From an uncultured Chloroflexia bacterium (lineage in GTDB: Bacteria > Chloroflexota > Limnocylindria > Limnocylindrales > CSP1-4): a stretch of DNA of 64,000 bases. The DNA lies in NCBI GenBank assembly GCA_963780375.1, contig CAWABV010000008.1, positions 1,002,052 to 1,066,051 on the forward strand, given 5' to 3'. The stretch's first letter is position 1. Each line of letters begins with the position of its first letter. Of the stretch, positions 17,651 through 27,033 are shown one piece after another. Under the pieces are notes generated by a model. It saw nothing but the letters and a program-made list of their open reading frames with translations. It ran no database searches and was not told where the DNA came from. The translations under genes and the position numbers were made by a program.

Positions 17651-20600
17651 GTGCCTGTGCTACGCTCAGATCAACCTTCCACGCTCGTGCAGGAGCCGTT
17701 CTACCCGGTGACTGGCCCCGATCCCGGTGCGTACGAGCGAGGCACGGGAGCGCCGCCTCGGTCGACCGGGATCCAAGGAGCCGTCGGCGTCGTCCTGATC
17801 GCCCTCGCTCTCGGACTCGCCATCCGGCTCACCCTTTTATACCTGCTCCCCGGTTCGGGCTTCGGGCCCGACCTGGCGTCGTTCCGTTTCTGGGCGAACG
17901 ACCTGGCGACGAACGGCCTGCACGGTTTCTACGAGCGTGACTTCTTCCACGACTACACGCCCGGTTACCTGTATGTCCTGTGGCTGGTCGGCACGGTCGG
18001 CAAGGCCATCGGCGGCATCGGTGACCTGATCAAGATCCCGCCGATCATCGCCGACGTCGGCATCGCCTATCTCGCCTGGTCGATGCTCCGCGAGCTCGGC
18101 GTCCGCGACCGCTTGGCTGTGCTGACCGCGCTGGTCGTGATGCTGAACCCGATCTTCTGGTTCGACAACGTGATCTGGGGCCAGGTCGACTCGTTCGGCG
18201 TGCTGTTCCTGCTGCTCGGCCTGCGCTCGCTCTGGCGCGACCAGCCGGAACGCGCAGCGATCTTCGGCGTCATCGCCGCCGTGATCAAACCGCAGCTCGG
18301 TATCCTGCTGCCGGTGATCGCGGTGGTCACCATCCGCCGTGCATTGCGACCGTCGCCGAAGGACCCGGCGTCGATCTCGGCGGTCGACCCGATCCGGCGA
18401 CTCGAGGCACAGACCGGCCACCCGATCCGGATCGTCACCACCGTCCTCGCGGGCTACATCACCGCGCTCATCCTCTGCCTGCCGTTCGGATTGACGGTGC
18501 TGCAGGTCATCCCGAACCCGCCCTTCGTCGCCTCCGGCCTGCTCGAGCAGATCGCCCTCGCCGGCGGTGGTTACCCGTACCTGACCGTCAACGCCTACAA
18601 CACCTGGGCACTCGTCCCGAGTGATCTCGGGATCAGCCTCGCGGCGTCTAGCCAGTGGGTCTGTGACGCCTCGACCACGCCGGCCGACCTGTGCGGAACC
18701 GGGGTCGTCCAGTTCGGGGCGGTCCCGGCGGTCGTCGTCGGCGCCGTCCTGCTGGTCGTGGCCATCCTCACCGTCCTGTGGGCGATCTGGCGGAACCCGG
18801 ACCGCCTCACGATCACCGTCGGGCTGGCCATCATCGCTCTGGCCTTCTTCATGGCCCCGACCCGCGTCCACGAGCGCTACGGCTTCCCGTTCTTCGCTAT
18901 CGGGGCAATGCTCTTCGCGATCTCGCCGCGCTGGCGGGTCGCGTATGTGGTCCTCAGCATCGCGACGTTCGCGAACATGTATGTCGTCCCGACGACGATC
19001 TATCCCCCGACCGATCCGACCACCAACCCGTTACGCGACTGGTTCGCCATCGGCCCCGAGATCCGCTCGCAGGCCGGCGTCACGATCGTCGCGGTCATGC
19101 ACACCGGGGCCTCGATATGGGCATGGCTCCAGCTGCGCCGCTCGGCACGGGAACGGCTCGAGGAGGAGCTCTACACGGCCTCGCGCGAGTCGCTACCCGA
19201 TCGCGTGCCGGGCCGCGCCGTGGCACCCGGCGTCGCGCCAGGAGCCGTCGGCCTGTCGGTGGCCGCATCGACGGCACAGCCGACCACGCTGCCGACCTGG
19301 TCCGAGCCGGCGCGGTTCGAGGAGGTCGGCGTGACCGGCTGGATCTCGGACCGGTTGCGGGCCGCACCCTTCCGCGCGGATCGCAGTCGCTCACTGGCGA
19401 GCGAGGGCGGCGGTCGCTTCGACCGTCTCGACGCGTGGCTGCTCGTCGTGCTGATCCTGGCCACGCTGGGGATCCGACTGTTCCGCCTGGCGGAGCCATA
19501 CCAGATGCACTTCGACGAGGTCTACCACGCGCGGACCGCGACGGAGTTCCTCCAGGACTGGCGCTATGGCGAGTCGCATGTCATCTACGAGTGGACCCAT
19601 CCGCATCTCGCCAAGTACGCGATGGCGGCCGGACTCGTGCTGTGGGGCGGGGACCACGTCCAGGCGACGGCCGAGCTCGGCACGCCGGTCCGCGCTGTCG
19701 CGATCGAGCCACGCCGGGAGGACGGGACGGCACGGGCCGGCGAGCGGTTGCACATCGCCACGGGCGAAGAGATCCGGACCGAGGATCTCCGGACACGCCG
19801 CACGATCGCGGAGACGCCGGCACCGGGAGTCGGCGCGCTCACCGTCGACTCGACCCTGACCCGCCTCGTCCTGGGCGCGGACGACGGCACGATCTCGACC
19901 ATCGACCTCACGGGTATCGGCATCGACGGTACCGACAGCACCCCGGTCCGGTTGGCGACCGTCCCGCATCCGGTCGACCATCTCCTGGTCGCCGACGACG
20001 GCACGATCGTCGCCGCCTCCGACATCGACGTCACGACCATCGATGGCACCTCCGGCGACATCCTCGGCCACGCCGAGTTCGACGGCGTCGCCGACCTGGC
20101 CCCGGGCGGCTCGGGCCCGGTGCTGCAGGGCGACCCGAGCGCTATCGACGACCCGACCGCGGTCGCCGAGACACTCGCCTCGCTCATCGGCGGCGACCCG
20201 CTCGACTATGAGTCGAGGATCACGAGGGCGGAGCCCGGGGCGTCGGTCCTGTTCGGTAGCCCGGGGAGCGGTGAGACGCGGACGTCGGTCGACGACGCCA
20301 TCACCGACGGTCGGCTGCCTGGGATCGAGATCGTCGACCTGCCGCGGATCGCGGTGGCGACGTCCGAAGGCGTCTCCTTCATCGATCCGGCGAGCGCGGC
20401 CACGACGTCGTCGGTGCCGCTCGACGGTGGCGCGCACGGGTTGGCGTTCGTGACGGGGATCGACGACACCCAGTTGTACGTCTCGAGCGGATCCCGTGAG
20501 GACCCGACGTACCACGTGCTCAAAGTGAGCGGCGATAAGGCGGCCAACGGTCCGATCGACCAAGGGAGCCACCCGCTGCCCGGTCTCGGCTCGCAGGTCG

Positions 20601-23044
20601 CCTACGACGAGGCCACCATGCACATCCACATCCTGGGCCTCGCGCCGCCGGAAGAAACGGCGGGATCCGGTGACCGCTGGACCGTGTACGTGATCCAGCC
20701 GCGCGCCGACGACCCCGCCGTGTATGCCGACGCGGCCCTCCCGCCCGACTTCACGCCGGTCGACATGGCGATGGACGTCGAGCCGCAGTACCAGACCGAC
20801 GACCGTGAAGACCTGCTGGTGTTCGACGGCGATGGCACCGTCGCCTCCATCGATACCGGCTCGCACGCCTTCGCGTGGCGCTTGCCGGGCGTCCTGGCCG
20901 GCGTCCTGATGGCCGCCAGCCTGTACGTCCTGGCCCGGATCCTGTTCGCGCGACGGAGCGTGGCCGTCGCCGTCGCCGCGTTCGTGATCCTCGACGGGAT
21001 GTTCTTCGTCCAGTCGCGCATCGGGATGAACGATGTCTACGTCGGCCTGTTCATCGTCGCGGCGTACACGGTCGTCGCCGCCATCTGGACGGGCTGGTGG
21101 CGTGGCCGCTTCGCGTTCTGGATCGCGATGCCCATCATCGGCCTGCTCCTCGGGCTGGCCTTGGCCTCGAAGTGGGTCGCGGCCTACGCGATCGGCGCGC
21201 TCATCCTGTTGCTGCTCATCCGCAGCGCCCTCGGGCGCATCGTGGCGATCCTCGGACTCATCGCGATCACCGGCGCGCTCGGCTACCTCGCGATGGCCGG
21301 CCAGTCGTTCGGCAACCTGCCGTTCCTCGTGATCATGATCGGACTGACGATCCTGGCCGTGGTCGTCGCGGTCTTCCATCCGATCGCCTGGACCGACGAG
21401 GAGATGTGGCTGGCGTTGCTGGCCCCGGCTGCCGCAGGTGCCGCCCTGTTCTTCGGGACTCTGGCGCTCGGCGAGCTGAACACGGAGATCGTCATCGGGC
21501 CCCTGTCGGTGACGCCGTTGCTGGCGGCCATCGCCACCTCGCTCGGCTCGGTCGTCGTCTATGCCGCGTTCCGTGTCGGCGGGTCACTCGGCTACGGACC
21601 GCTCGCGCCGCCGATCCGACCGGGCGATCCGGAGTGGGTCCTCGACCCACCCGGCGATGCACCGACCGGCTGGCTGCGACCCGGCTGGGCGTTCGGCATC
21701 CCGATCGTGTGGGCGACGATCTGCGTGCTCGCCGTCCCAGTCGGCGTATATGTCGTGAGTTACCTGCCATGGGCGGCGATAGAGAACCATCAGTTGTGGC
21801 CGGGCTACCCGGCCGGCCACAGCGGACAGACGCTCGTCGAGCTCACCCGCCAGATGTACGACTACCACAACGGGCTGACCGCGCCGCATCCCGCGTCGTC
21901 GCCATGGTGGGCGTTCCCGTTCGATCTCAAGCCCGTGTGGTTCTACCAGGAAGGCTTCGCCGGATCGACCAGCGCCGCGATCTACGACTCCGGGAACCTG
22001 GTGATCTGGTGGCTCGGGATCGCCGCTCTGATCTTCGTCTCGATCATGGCCTACCGCCGGCGGTCGCCAGCGCTCGCGCTCATCGCGATCGGCTTCGCCG
22101 GTCAGTGGGTGCCGTGGGCGCGGATCGACCGGGCAGCCTTCCAGTATCACTACTACACGGCGCTGCCGTTCCTGATCCTCGCCCTGGCATACCTCGTGGC
22201 GGAGCTGTGGCACGGGGCGTCACGCCGGACCTGGATGTGGATCCGCATCGCCGCCGCAGCGGCCCTCATCGGACCGGCCGTGATGTGGCTGTTCTCGCGC
22301 CCGCTGTGCGTCCTGGTGGGCGTCACGATCGTCAATCCCGGATCGCAAGCCTGTCCGGCCGTCATCCCGGACTTCGTCCTCACGATCCGGACCCTGGCGC
22401 TGCTCACGCTCCTCGTCGGTGGCGGGATCCTCCTCTGGCTGTGGCTCGCGCGCATGCAGCAGCGGGAGGGCGGTCTGGGCGACGCGCGGTCGAGCCTGCC
22501 CCTGCTCGGGGTGGCGTTCGGCATCGGCGTAGCCTCCCTGCTCCCGGAAACGCCACTCCTGACGTGGCGCGGGATCCCGGTCGAGCCGGTCGCGCTGCTC
22601 GTCCTCCTGCCACTGCTCTATCTCGCCGGGCAGGTGGTGGCGGCCCGCGACGCTCGCCGGTTCGTGGTCGGCATCGGCGTGGCCGTGACGGCGTGGTTCG
22701 TGCTCTGGTACCCGAACCTCTCGGCCTTGCCGTTGCCGTCGACCGTGGTCAACGCCTACCAGGGCTTCCTGCCGACCTACCTGTATGCCTTCCAGTTCCC
22801 CGTGAACACCGCTGCACGGCCGGCGACACCGTTGCTCAGCCCGGTCCCGATCGCGCTGACCATCGCCCTCGGCCTGACCTGCCTCGTGGTCGCCTACTCG
22901 GCCTCGGTCTGGCGGCTGGCACTAGCCGAGTCTCGAGCGAATGCGGCCTCGGGCTCTGGCCCGTCCGGTCCGGGTGCTGCTGCCGGCTCCTCGGCGATGG
23001 ACGGTGGGGCAGAGGGCCTGGCCCGGACCGGTGGGGGCGCCTGA
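17651..23044 (+). CDS. giant (1797 aa) fused membrane glycosyltransferase: N-terminal DUF2029/GT87 (PimE-like) domain, then a PMT-family (GT39-like) domain carrying a ~400-aa beta-rich extracytoplasmic insertion
   Basis: N-terminal domain: FGPDLASFRFWANDLATNGLHGFYERDFFHDYTPGYLYVLW, which is PimE/GT87-like. Second domain: LGIRLFRLAEPYQMHFDEVYHARTATEFLQDWRYGESHVIYEWTHPHLAKY, the PMT DE-loop. A soluble repeat-rich insert (GTISTIDLTG..., VADDGTIVAASDIDVTTIDG...) lies between them. More than 25 predicted TM helices. Confidence 0.7.
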   Translation: MPVLRSDQPSTLVQEPFYPVTGPDPGAYERGTGAPPRSTGIQGAVGVVLIALALGLAIRLTLLYLLPGSGFGPDLASFRFWANDLATNGLHGFYERDFFHDYTPGYLYVLWLVGTVGKAIGGIGDLIKIPPIIADVGIAYLAWSMLRELGVRDRLAVLTALVVMLNPIFWFDNVIWGQVDSFGVLFLLLGLRSLWRDQPERAAIFGVIAAVIKPQLGILLPVIAVVTIRRALRPSPKDPASISAVDPIRRLEAQTGHPIRIVTTVLAGYITALILCLPFGLTVLQVIPNPPFVASGLLEQIALAGGGYPYLTVNAYNTWALVPSDLGISLAASSQWVCDASTTPADLCGTGVVQFGAVPAVVVGAVLLVVAILTVLWAIWRNPDRLTITVGLAIIALAFFMAPTRVHERYGFPFFAIGAMLFAISPRWRVAYVVLSIATFANMYVVPTTIYPPTDPTTNPLRDWFAIGPEIRSQAGVTIVAVMHTGASIWAWLQLRRSARERLEEELYTASRESLPDRVPGRAVAPGVAPGAVGLSVAASTAQPTTLPTWSEPARFEEVGVTGWISDRLRAAPFRADRSRSLASEGGGRFDRLDAWLLVVLILATLGIRLFRLAEPYQMHFDEVYHARTATEFLQDWRYGESHVIYEWTHPHLAKYAMAAGLVLWGGDHVQATAELGTPVRAVAIEPRREDGTARAGERLHIATGEEIRTEDLRTRRTIAETPAPGVGALTVDSTLTRLVLGADDGTISTIDLTGIGIDGTDSTPVRLATVPHPVDHLLVADDGTIVAASDIDVTTIDGTSGDILGHAEFDGVADLAPGGSGPVLQGDPSAIDDPTAVAETLASLIGGDPLDYESRITRAEPGASVLFGSPGSGETRTSVDDAITDGRLPGIEIVDLPRIAVATSEGVSFIDPASAATTSSVPLDGGAHGLAFVTGIDDTQLYVSSGSREDPTYHVLKVSGDKAANGPIDQGSHPLPGLGSQVAYDEATMHIHILGLAPPEETAGSGDRWTVYVIQPRADDPAVYADAALPPDFTPVDMAMDVEPQYQTDDREDLLVFDGDGTVASIDTGSHAFAWRLPGVLAGVLMAASLYVLARILFARRSVAVAVAAFVILDGMFFVQSRIGMNDVYVGLFIVAAYTVVAAIWTGWWRGRFAFWIAMPIIGLLLGLALASKWVAAYAIGALILLLLIRSALGRIVAILGLIAITGALGYLAMAGQSFGNLPFLVIMIGLTILAVVVAVFHPIAWTDEEMWLALLAPAAAGAALFFGTLALGELNTEIVIGPLSVTPLLAAIATSLGSVVVYAAFRVGGSLGYGPLAPPIRPGDPEWVLDPPGDAPTGWLRPGWAFGIPIVWATICVLAVPVGVYVVSYLPWAAIENHQLWPGYPAGHSGQTLVELTRQMYDYHNGLTAPHPASSPWWAFPFDLKPVWFYQEGFAGSTSAAIYDSGNLVIWWLGIAALIFVSIMAYRRRSPALALIAIGFAGQWVPWARIDRAAFQYHYYTALPFLILALAYLVAELWHGASRRTWMWIRIAAAAALIGPAVMWLFSRPLCVLVGVTIVNPGSQACPAVIPDFVLTIRTLALLTLLVGGGILLWLWLARMQQREGGLGDARSSLPLLGVAFGIGVASLLPETPLLTWRGIPVEPVALLVLLPLLYLAGQVVAARDARRFVVGIGVAVTAWFVLWYPNLSALPLPSTVVNAYQGFLPTYLYAFQFPVNTAARPATPLLSPVPIALTIALGLTCLVVAYSASVWRLALAESRANAASGSGPSGPGAAAGSSAMDGGAEGLARTGGGA

Positions 23045-24195
23045 GGGACCGCCGCCTGGAAGCCGTCGGGTAGCGAGCCTGATGCGGCCAGGCGCCGGAT
23101 CACGAAGCCGTAGTAGTCATCGACCTTGGCCGTGACCCGCGCCCACGAGAACTCCTCGGCACGGACGCGACCCGAGGCGCCCATCTGTTCGCGCAACGCG
23201 GGGTCGCGGAGCAACTGGTCGATGGCCGTCGCCAGCTCACGTGGCTGCCGGGGCGGGACGAGCAGCCCCTCGCGGCCACGCCGCAGGACGCCCTTGTAGC
23301 CGTGGATGTCCGAGGCCACGATCGGTGTGCCGGCAGCCATCGCCTCGAGCAGGACGATCCCGAAGGATTCGCCGCCAGTGGCGGGTGAGGCGTAGACGTC
23401 GGCCGTCTTATAGAGCTGGGCCTTCTCGTCGTCTGACACTCGACCGAGGAACTCGACGCCATTGAGCCCGCGGGTCGCCACGTAGCGGCGCGCCTCGCGC
23501 TCCTGCGGCCCGGATCCGACGATCAGCAGCCTCGATCGGCCGCCCGTGCGGCGCAGGATGCGGTGCGCCTTGAGCAGGTCGAGCAGCCCCTTGCGCGGCT
23601 CGTGACGGCCCACGAACAACACGTTGGGCGTGCCGTCCTGCCAGCGCGCGATCGGCACGGCCGTCGCGAACCGGGCGACGTCGACGCCGTTGGGGATGAC
23701 CTTGTAGTCGCCCGGGAAATAGCGGTCGATGAAATGACGCGCCGCGGCGCTGACGGCGATGCGGCCATGCAGCCGAGCCGCGTACCCGCCCAGCGCCCGG
23801 CTGCCGAACTCATAGGACGGCGAGAAACCGGCGTAGGCGTGGAACGTCGCGATGTTGACGCTCGACGACTCGCGCAGCAGGAAGAGCGAGAGGAACGGCA
23901 CGAACGGCTCGTGGAAATGCAGGACGTCGAACCGTTCGCGCTCGAGCATGTCGTCGATCTGGGTCAGATAGCGCGGCGAGAAGGTCAGCGTCCCGACCGA
24001 GGCGTTGATCGGGACCGAGAAGCCGACGCCGAGCCGGATGATGTCGCCCTCCGACGCCCGTTGGGGGCCGTGGCTCGCGGTCAGGATGCGGACGTCATGG
24101 CCGCGCTGGCGGAGCCCCTGGTACAGGAACTGGACGTGCTGGGCGACGCCACCGCTGGCGGGGTAGATGTACGGGCAGACGAGGCCGACCTTCAT
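22894..24195 (-). CDS. pimA: GT4 glycosyltransferase, PimA-like (phosphatidylinositol mannosyltransferase candidate)
   Basis: The complement ATG at 24195 gives MKVGLVCPYIYPASGGVAQHVQFLYQGLRQRGHDVRILT. The C-terminal GT-B signature reads ASPATGGESFGIVLLEAMAAGTPIVASDI. It is last in the PI-pathway operon, and its 3' end overlaps the giant GT gene by ~150 nt. Confidence 0.8.
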   Translation of the reverse strand: MKVGLVCPYIYPASGGVAQHVQFLYQGLRQRGHDVRILTASHGPQRASEGDIIRLGVGFSVPINASVGTLTFSPRYLTQIDDMLERERFDVLHFHEPFVPFLSLFLLRESSSVNIATFHAYAGFSPSYEFGSRALGGYAARLHGRIAVSAAARHFIDRYFPGDYKVIPNGVDVARFATAVPIARWQDGTPNVLFVGRHEPRKGLLDLLKAHRILRRTGGRSRLLIVGSGPQEREARRYVATRGLNGVEFLGRVSDDEKAQLYKTADVYASPATGGESFGIVLLEAMAAGTPIVASDIHGYKGVLRRGREGLLVPPRQPRELATAIDQLLRDPALREQMGASGRVRAEEFSWARVTAKVDDYYGFVIRRLAASGSLPDGFQAAVPQAPPPVRARPSAPPSIAEEPAAAPGPDGPEPEAAFARDSASASRQTEAE

Positions 24196-25010
24196 CGCTC
24201 CGCACGTGGTTCGTAATGCGGGGGTCGGGCGCGTCCACCGGGATAGCCGTGGTCGCGGCCCGTGCCGGATCGGCGGATCCGCCCGCTGATCTCGTCGCGG
24301 GCGTCGACCGCTCGTTTGCGGATCTGCTGGCCGAAGACGCCGAATTGGCCGACCGTGCCGTGGAACGAGCCGCCGTGATCGGTCGTCCGCGCCGCGATCG
24401 CCGCGCGCAGGTCGACGGCCACGCTGCCGGGAAAGCTCGTCCAGCCGGCGCCGACCGCCTCGAGTGCATGGGCATCGCTGTTGCCGATCCGGGCCAGCTG
24501 GTGCTCGTCGGCGAAGCGCACGACCCGATCGTGCCACGGCCGCCCGAGCGCCGTCGGGTTGAACGTCTCGATCGCGTCCGGCCGGACCGCTTCGTCGGGA
24601 TCGTCGAGCAGGCGCCGGAGCGCCCAGCCCTGGGCGCACAGCGGGTACGGCACGAGGGGATGGGCGGGGATCGCGATGCCGCCCGCGTCGTGGACATCGG
24701 CGATCGTGCGGCCCAGCGTGCGGAAGGGCTTGATGCGACGCTCGATGAAGAGCGCGAGCAGGTGCCCGCCGAGGGTGGTCACCTCCTCGCCGACGATGAC
24801 GTCGATCGGCAGGCCGCGGTCGCGCGCGATCGCCCGCCCGGCGACCGCTGCGTCGATGCGCTCGTGATCGGTGATGGCGATGAGGTCGAGCTGACCCATC
24901 GCGGCGACGTGCTCGATGATCGACACGACGTCGGCGATGCCGTCCGAGGCGACCGTGTGGATGTGGAGGTCGGCTCGCCCCGCGTGGGTGGCCTCGTCGG
25001 CCGCCGTCAT
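24192..25010 (-). CDS. PHP-domain metal-dependent phosphoesterase
   Basis: The complement ATG at 25010 (MTAADEATHAGRADLHIHTVASDGIADV...) shows the PHP His motifs HIHT, DHE, HP. It has ATGA overlaps with both neighbours. Confidence 0.7.
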   Translation of the reverse strand: MTAADEATHAGRADLHIHTVASDGIADVVSIIEHVAAMGQLDLIAITDHERIDAAVAGRAIARDRGLPIDVIVGEEVTTLGGHLLALFIERRIKPFRTLGRTIADVHDAGGIAIPAHPLVPYPLCAQGWALRRLLDDPDEAVRPDAIETFNPTALGRPWHDRVVRFADEHQLARIGNSDAHALEAVGAGWTSFPGSVAVDLRAAIAARTTDHGGSFHGTVGQFGVFGQQIRKRAVDARDEISGRIRRSGTGRDHGYPGGRARPPHYEPRAER

Positions 25011-25975
25011 GCGGCCGCCTCGGCCCGATCGTCGTCCGGCGCCACGCCGTCGGCCAGGTCCGGCCAGATCGGGAAGAAGACGGCCCACCATTGCTCGGGC
25101 GCGTCCGCGATGACGCGCTCGAAGATCCGCGCGATCGATGCGGTGGTCGCGGTCGCGCGTTCGCGACGAGATCCCTCGGCGGCGACGTCGACCCGGTCGA
25201 GGCGTCCGATGTAGCGCCCGGGCGTCGTCCGCCGGACCGCGGTCACGTACGCCGGGGCGCCGGTCTCGATGGCGAGCAGCGCCGGACCCAGCGGCAACCG
25301 GGCCGGCGCGCCGAACAGCTCGGTGAGCGTCCCGCCCCCGGTCAGGTCGCGATCGCCGACGAGGCCCACCGGCGTCCCGGCGCGCAGGGCCGCGGTCAGT
25401 TCCCGCCGCGCCTCGCGCAGCCCGACGATCCGGATACCGGCCGCGCCACGCGTCCGGACGAACCAGGCCTGGAGCTCTGGATCGTCGAGCGTCTCCATCG
25501 GCCCGACCGCCTCTCCGACCCGCGACGCGAGGAACAGCGCCGGCAGCTCGAGCGCCCCGAAGTGCAGCCCGACGAAGATCGCCGGTCGACCCGGTGTGAA
25601 CGCGTCGTCGACCGTCTCCGGCGTCTCGACGGCCATCCGCCTGGGGAGCTCCGCCCCGGCGATGGCCGGTGTCCGCGCCACCTCGACGTAGTAGCGGGCG
25701 GCATGCCGGTACGCCAGCCGCACCAGTCGCTCCAGGGCGCGTGGGTCATGCGCCGCCTTCCGGGCCAGCGGCGTACCGCGATCGTTCGCGTCCAGCCACG
25801 TCACGACCCGCGAGAGGTTGCGCCGCGCCTGTGCCGCCCGTTCCGGCGTCATCCGGTACCAGAGGTCGCCGGCGAGCTCCGCCAGCGCCACCAGCGGCGA
25901 CTCGGGGAGATGGCAGGCCAGCCACGAGGCGCCGCGGATGGCACGACCGCGAAGCCGGCGGCCGAGGCGTCGCAC
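25007..25975 (-). CDS. LpxL/HtrB-family lipid acyltransferase (PIM acyltransferase-like), paralog 2
   Basis: The GTG at 25975 overlaps the upstream stop. The PF03279-like region reads ...LSRVVTWLDANDRG...FVGLHFGALELPALFLASRVG...GLVGDRDLTGGG... Confidence 0.7.
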   Translation of the reverse strand: MRRLGRRLRGRAIRGASWLACHLPESPLVALAELAGDLWYRMTPERAAQARRNLSRVVTWLDANDRGTPLARKAAHDPRALERLVRLAYRHAARYYVEVARTPAIAGAELPRRMAVETPETVDDAFTPGRPAIFVGLHFGALELPALFLASRVGEAVGPMETLDDPELQAWFVRTRGAAGIRIVGLREARRELTAALRAGTPVGLVGDRDLTGGGTLTELFGAPARLPLGPALLAIETGAPAYVTAVRRTTPGRYIGRLDRVDVAAEGSRRERATATTASIARIFERVIADAPEQWWAVFFPIWPDLADGVAPDDDRAEAAA

Positions 25976-25977
25976 GA

Positions 25978-27033
25978 TCAGGCGAACTCCGGTGCCGGGC
26001 CAGGGTCTGCGACGCCATCCAGCATGAGGCCGGCTCGCCGCTCGAGGTCGGCCGCCTCGTCCGGCGTCGACGGCCAGATCGGCTTGAAGCTGTACCACTG
26101 GTCGGGCGCTGCCGCGACCGAGGACGCGAGGGCATCGGCGATGGCCTGGGTGGCGCGCTGGAGGTCCGCGGGGTCCGATGACGGCACCTCGATGGCCGTC
26201 GACCACGACACGTGGAACGAGTCGTCGGGCAGCCGGCGGATCGAGATCGGCAGGATCAGTGAACGGCTCTTCGCCGCGAGCGTCGCGGGTCCCGCGGGCA
26301 GCGCCGTCCATTCGCCGAAGAGGCGCACGGGGATCCCATCGGCGCGATAGCCCCAGTCGACGAGCAAGCCGAGGATCTCGCGGCGGCGAAGTACGCCGAA
26401 GATCTCGCGGAGGTTCCGCCACGCGATCAGCTTCACGCCCCAGCCCTCACGCTGGCGACGGAGGATCTCGTAGATCTCGGGGAAGGCGAAATCGTCGGCG
26501 ACCACGCTGATCGGCATGCCGTGATGGGCGATGGCCGCCGCGACCGCCTCGTTGCTCCCGAGGTGGCCGACCGTCAGGATCAGCCCGCCGCCTGGTGCCT
26601 CCTGCCAGATCCGGCGCACCTCCTCGACGTCCAGGTCCGGTGCCAGCTTCGCGACCTGCTCGGGCGGCATCGACGGCAGCCGCATCAACTCGACGAGATA
26701 TCGCCCGTAGCCCATGTAGGCGGCCATCGCCGCCTCGCGGACGCGAGGATGATCGCGCGGCAGCCCTAGGACGTGCCCGAAGTTCCGGTTCGACCAATGG
26801 CGCTTCGTCGGCCAGGCGAGATAGGACAGCTGCGAGAGCCGGCCGATGATCGCCGCGGCCGGCTTGGGCGGCACCGAGGACAGCAGCCACGCCGTGGCGC
26901 GATACCCGAGGACGGCGAGCCGTTCCACGACGCGCGGGCTGGCGCCGCCGCGTCGGTGGGGCGCCTCGAGTCGGCGATCGATGCCGGACGGCTTGGTCGC
27001 GGAGGCCGGCTGCGGACGGTCTCCCGAGGTCAT
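25978..27033 (-). CDS. LpxL/HtrB-family lipid acyltransferase (PatA-like), paralog 1
   Basis: [57 protein letters not shown]...[15 protein letters not shown]. The ATG overlaps the ino1 stop. Confidence 0.75.
   Translation of the reverse strand: MTSGDRPQPASATKPSGIDRRLEAPHRRGGASPRVVERLAVLGYRATAWLLSSVPPKPAAAIIGRLSQLSYLAWPTKRHWSNRNFGHVLGLPRDHPRVREAAMAAYMGYGRYLVELMRLPSMPPEQVAKLAPDLDVEEVRRIWQEAPGGGLILTVGHLGSNEAVAAAIAHHGMPISVVADDFAFPEIYEILRRQREGWGVKLIAWRNLREIFGVLRRREILGLLVDWGYRADGIPVRLFGEWTALPAGPATLAAKSRSLILPISIRRLPDDSFHVSWSTAIEVPSSDPADLQRATQAIADALASSVAAAPDQWYSFKPIWPSTPDEAADLERRAGLMLDGVADPGPAPEFA

Noticed and set aside
19391-21379. A 662-aa minus-strand ORF inside the giant glycosyltransferase gene. 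Similar long antisense or alternate-frame ORFs occur at 14707-16401, 16428-17711, 27405-28544, 35613-36617, 37924-39780 and 44412-46091.
   Set aside because: All lie within genes that have strong homology in another frame. Their translations are Arg/Asp/Gly-rich low-complexity strings, as expected when stop codons are rare in ~70% GC DNA.
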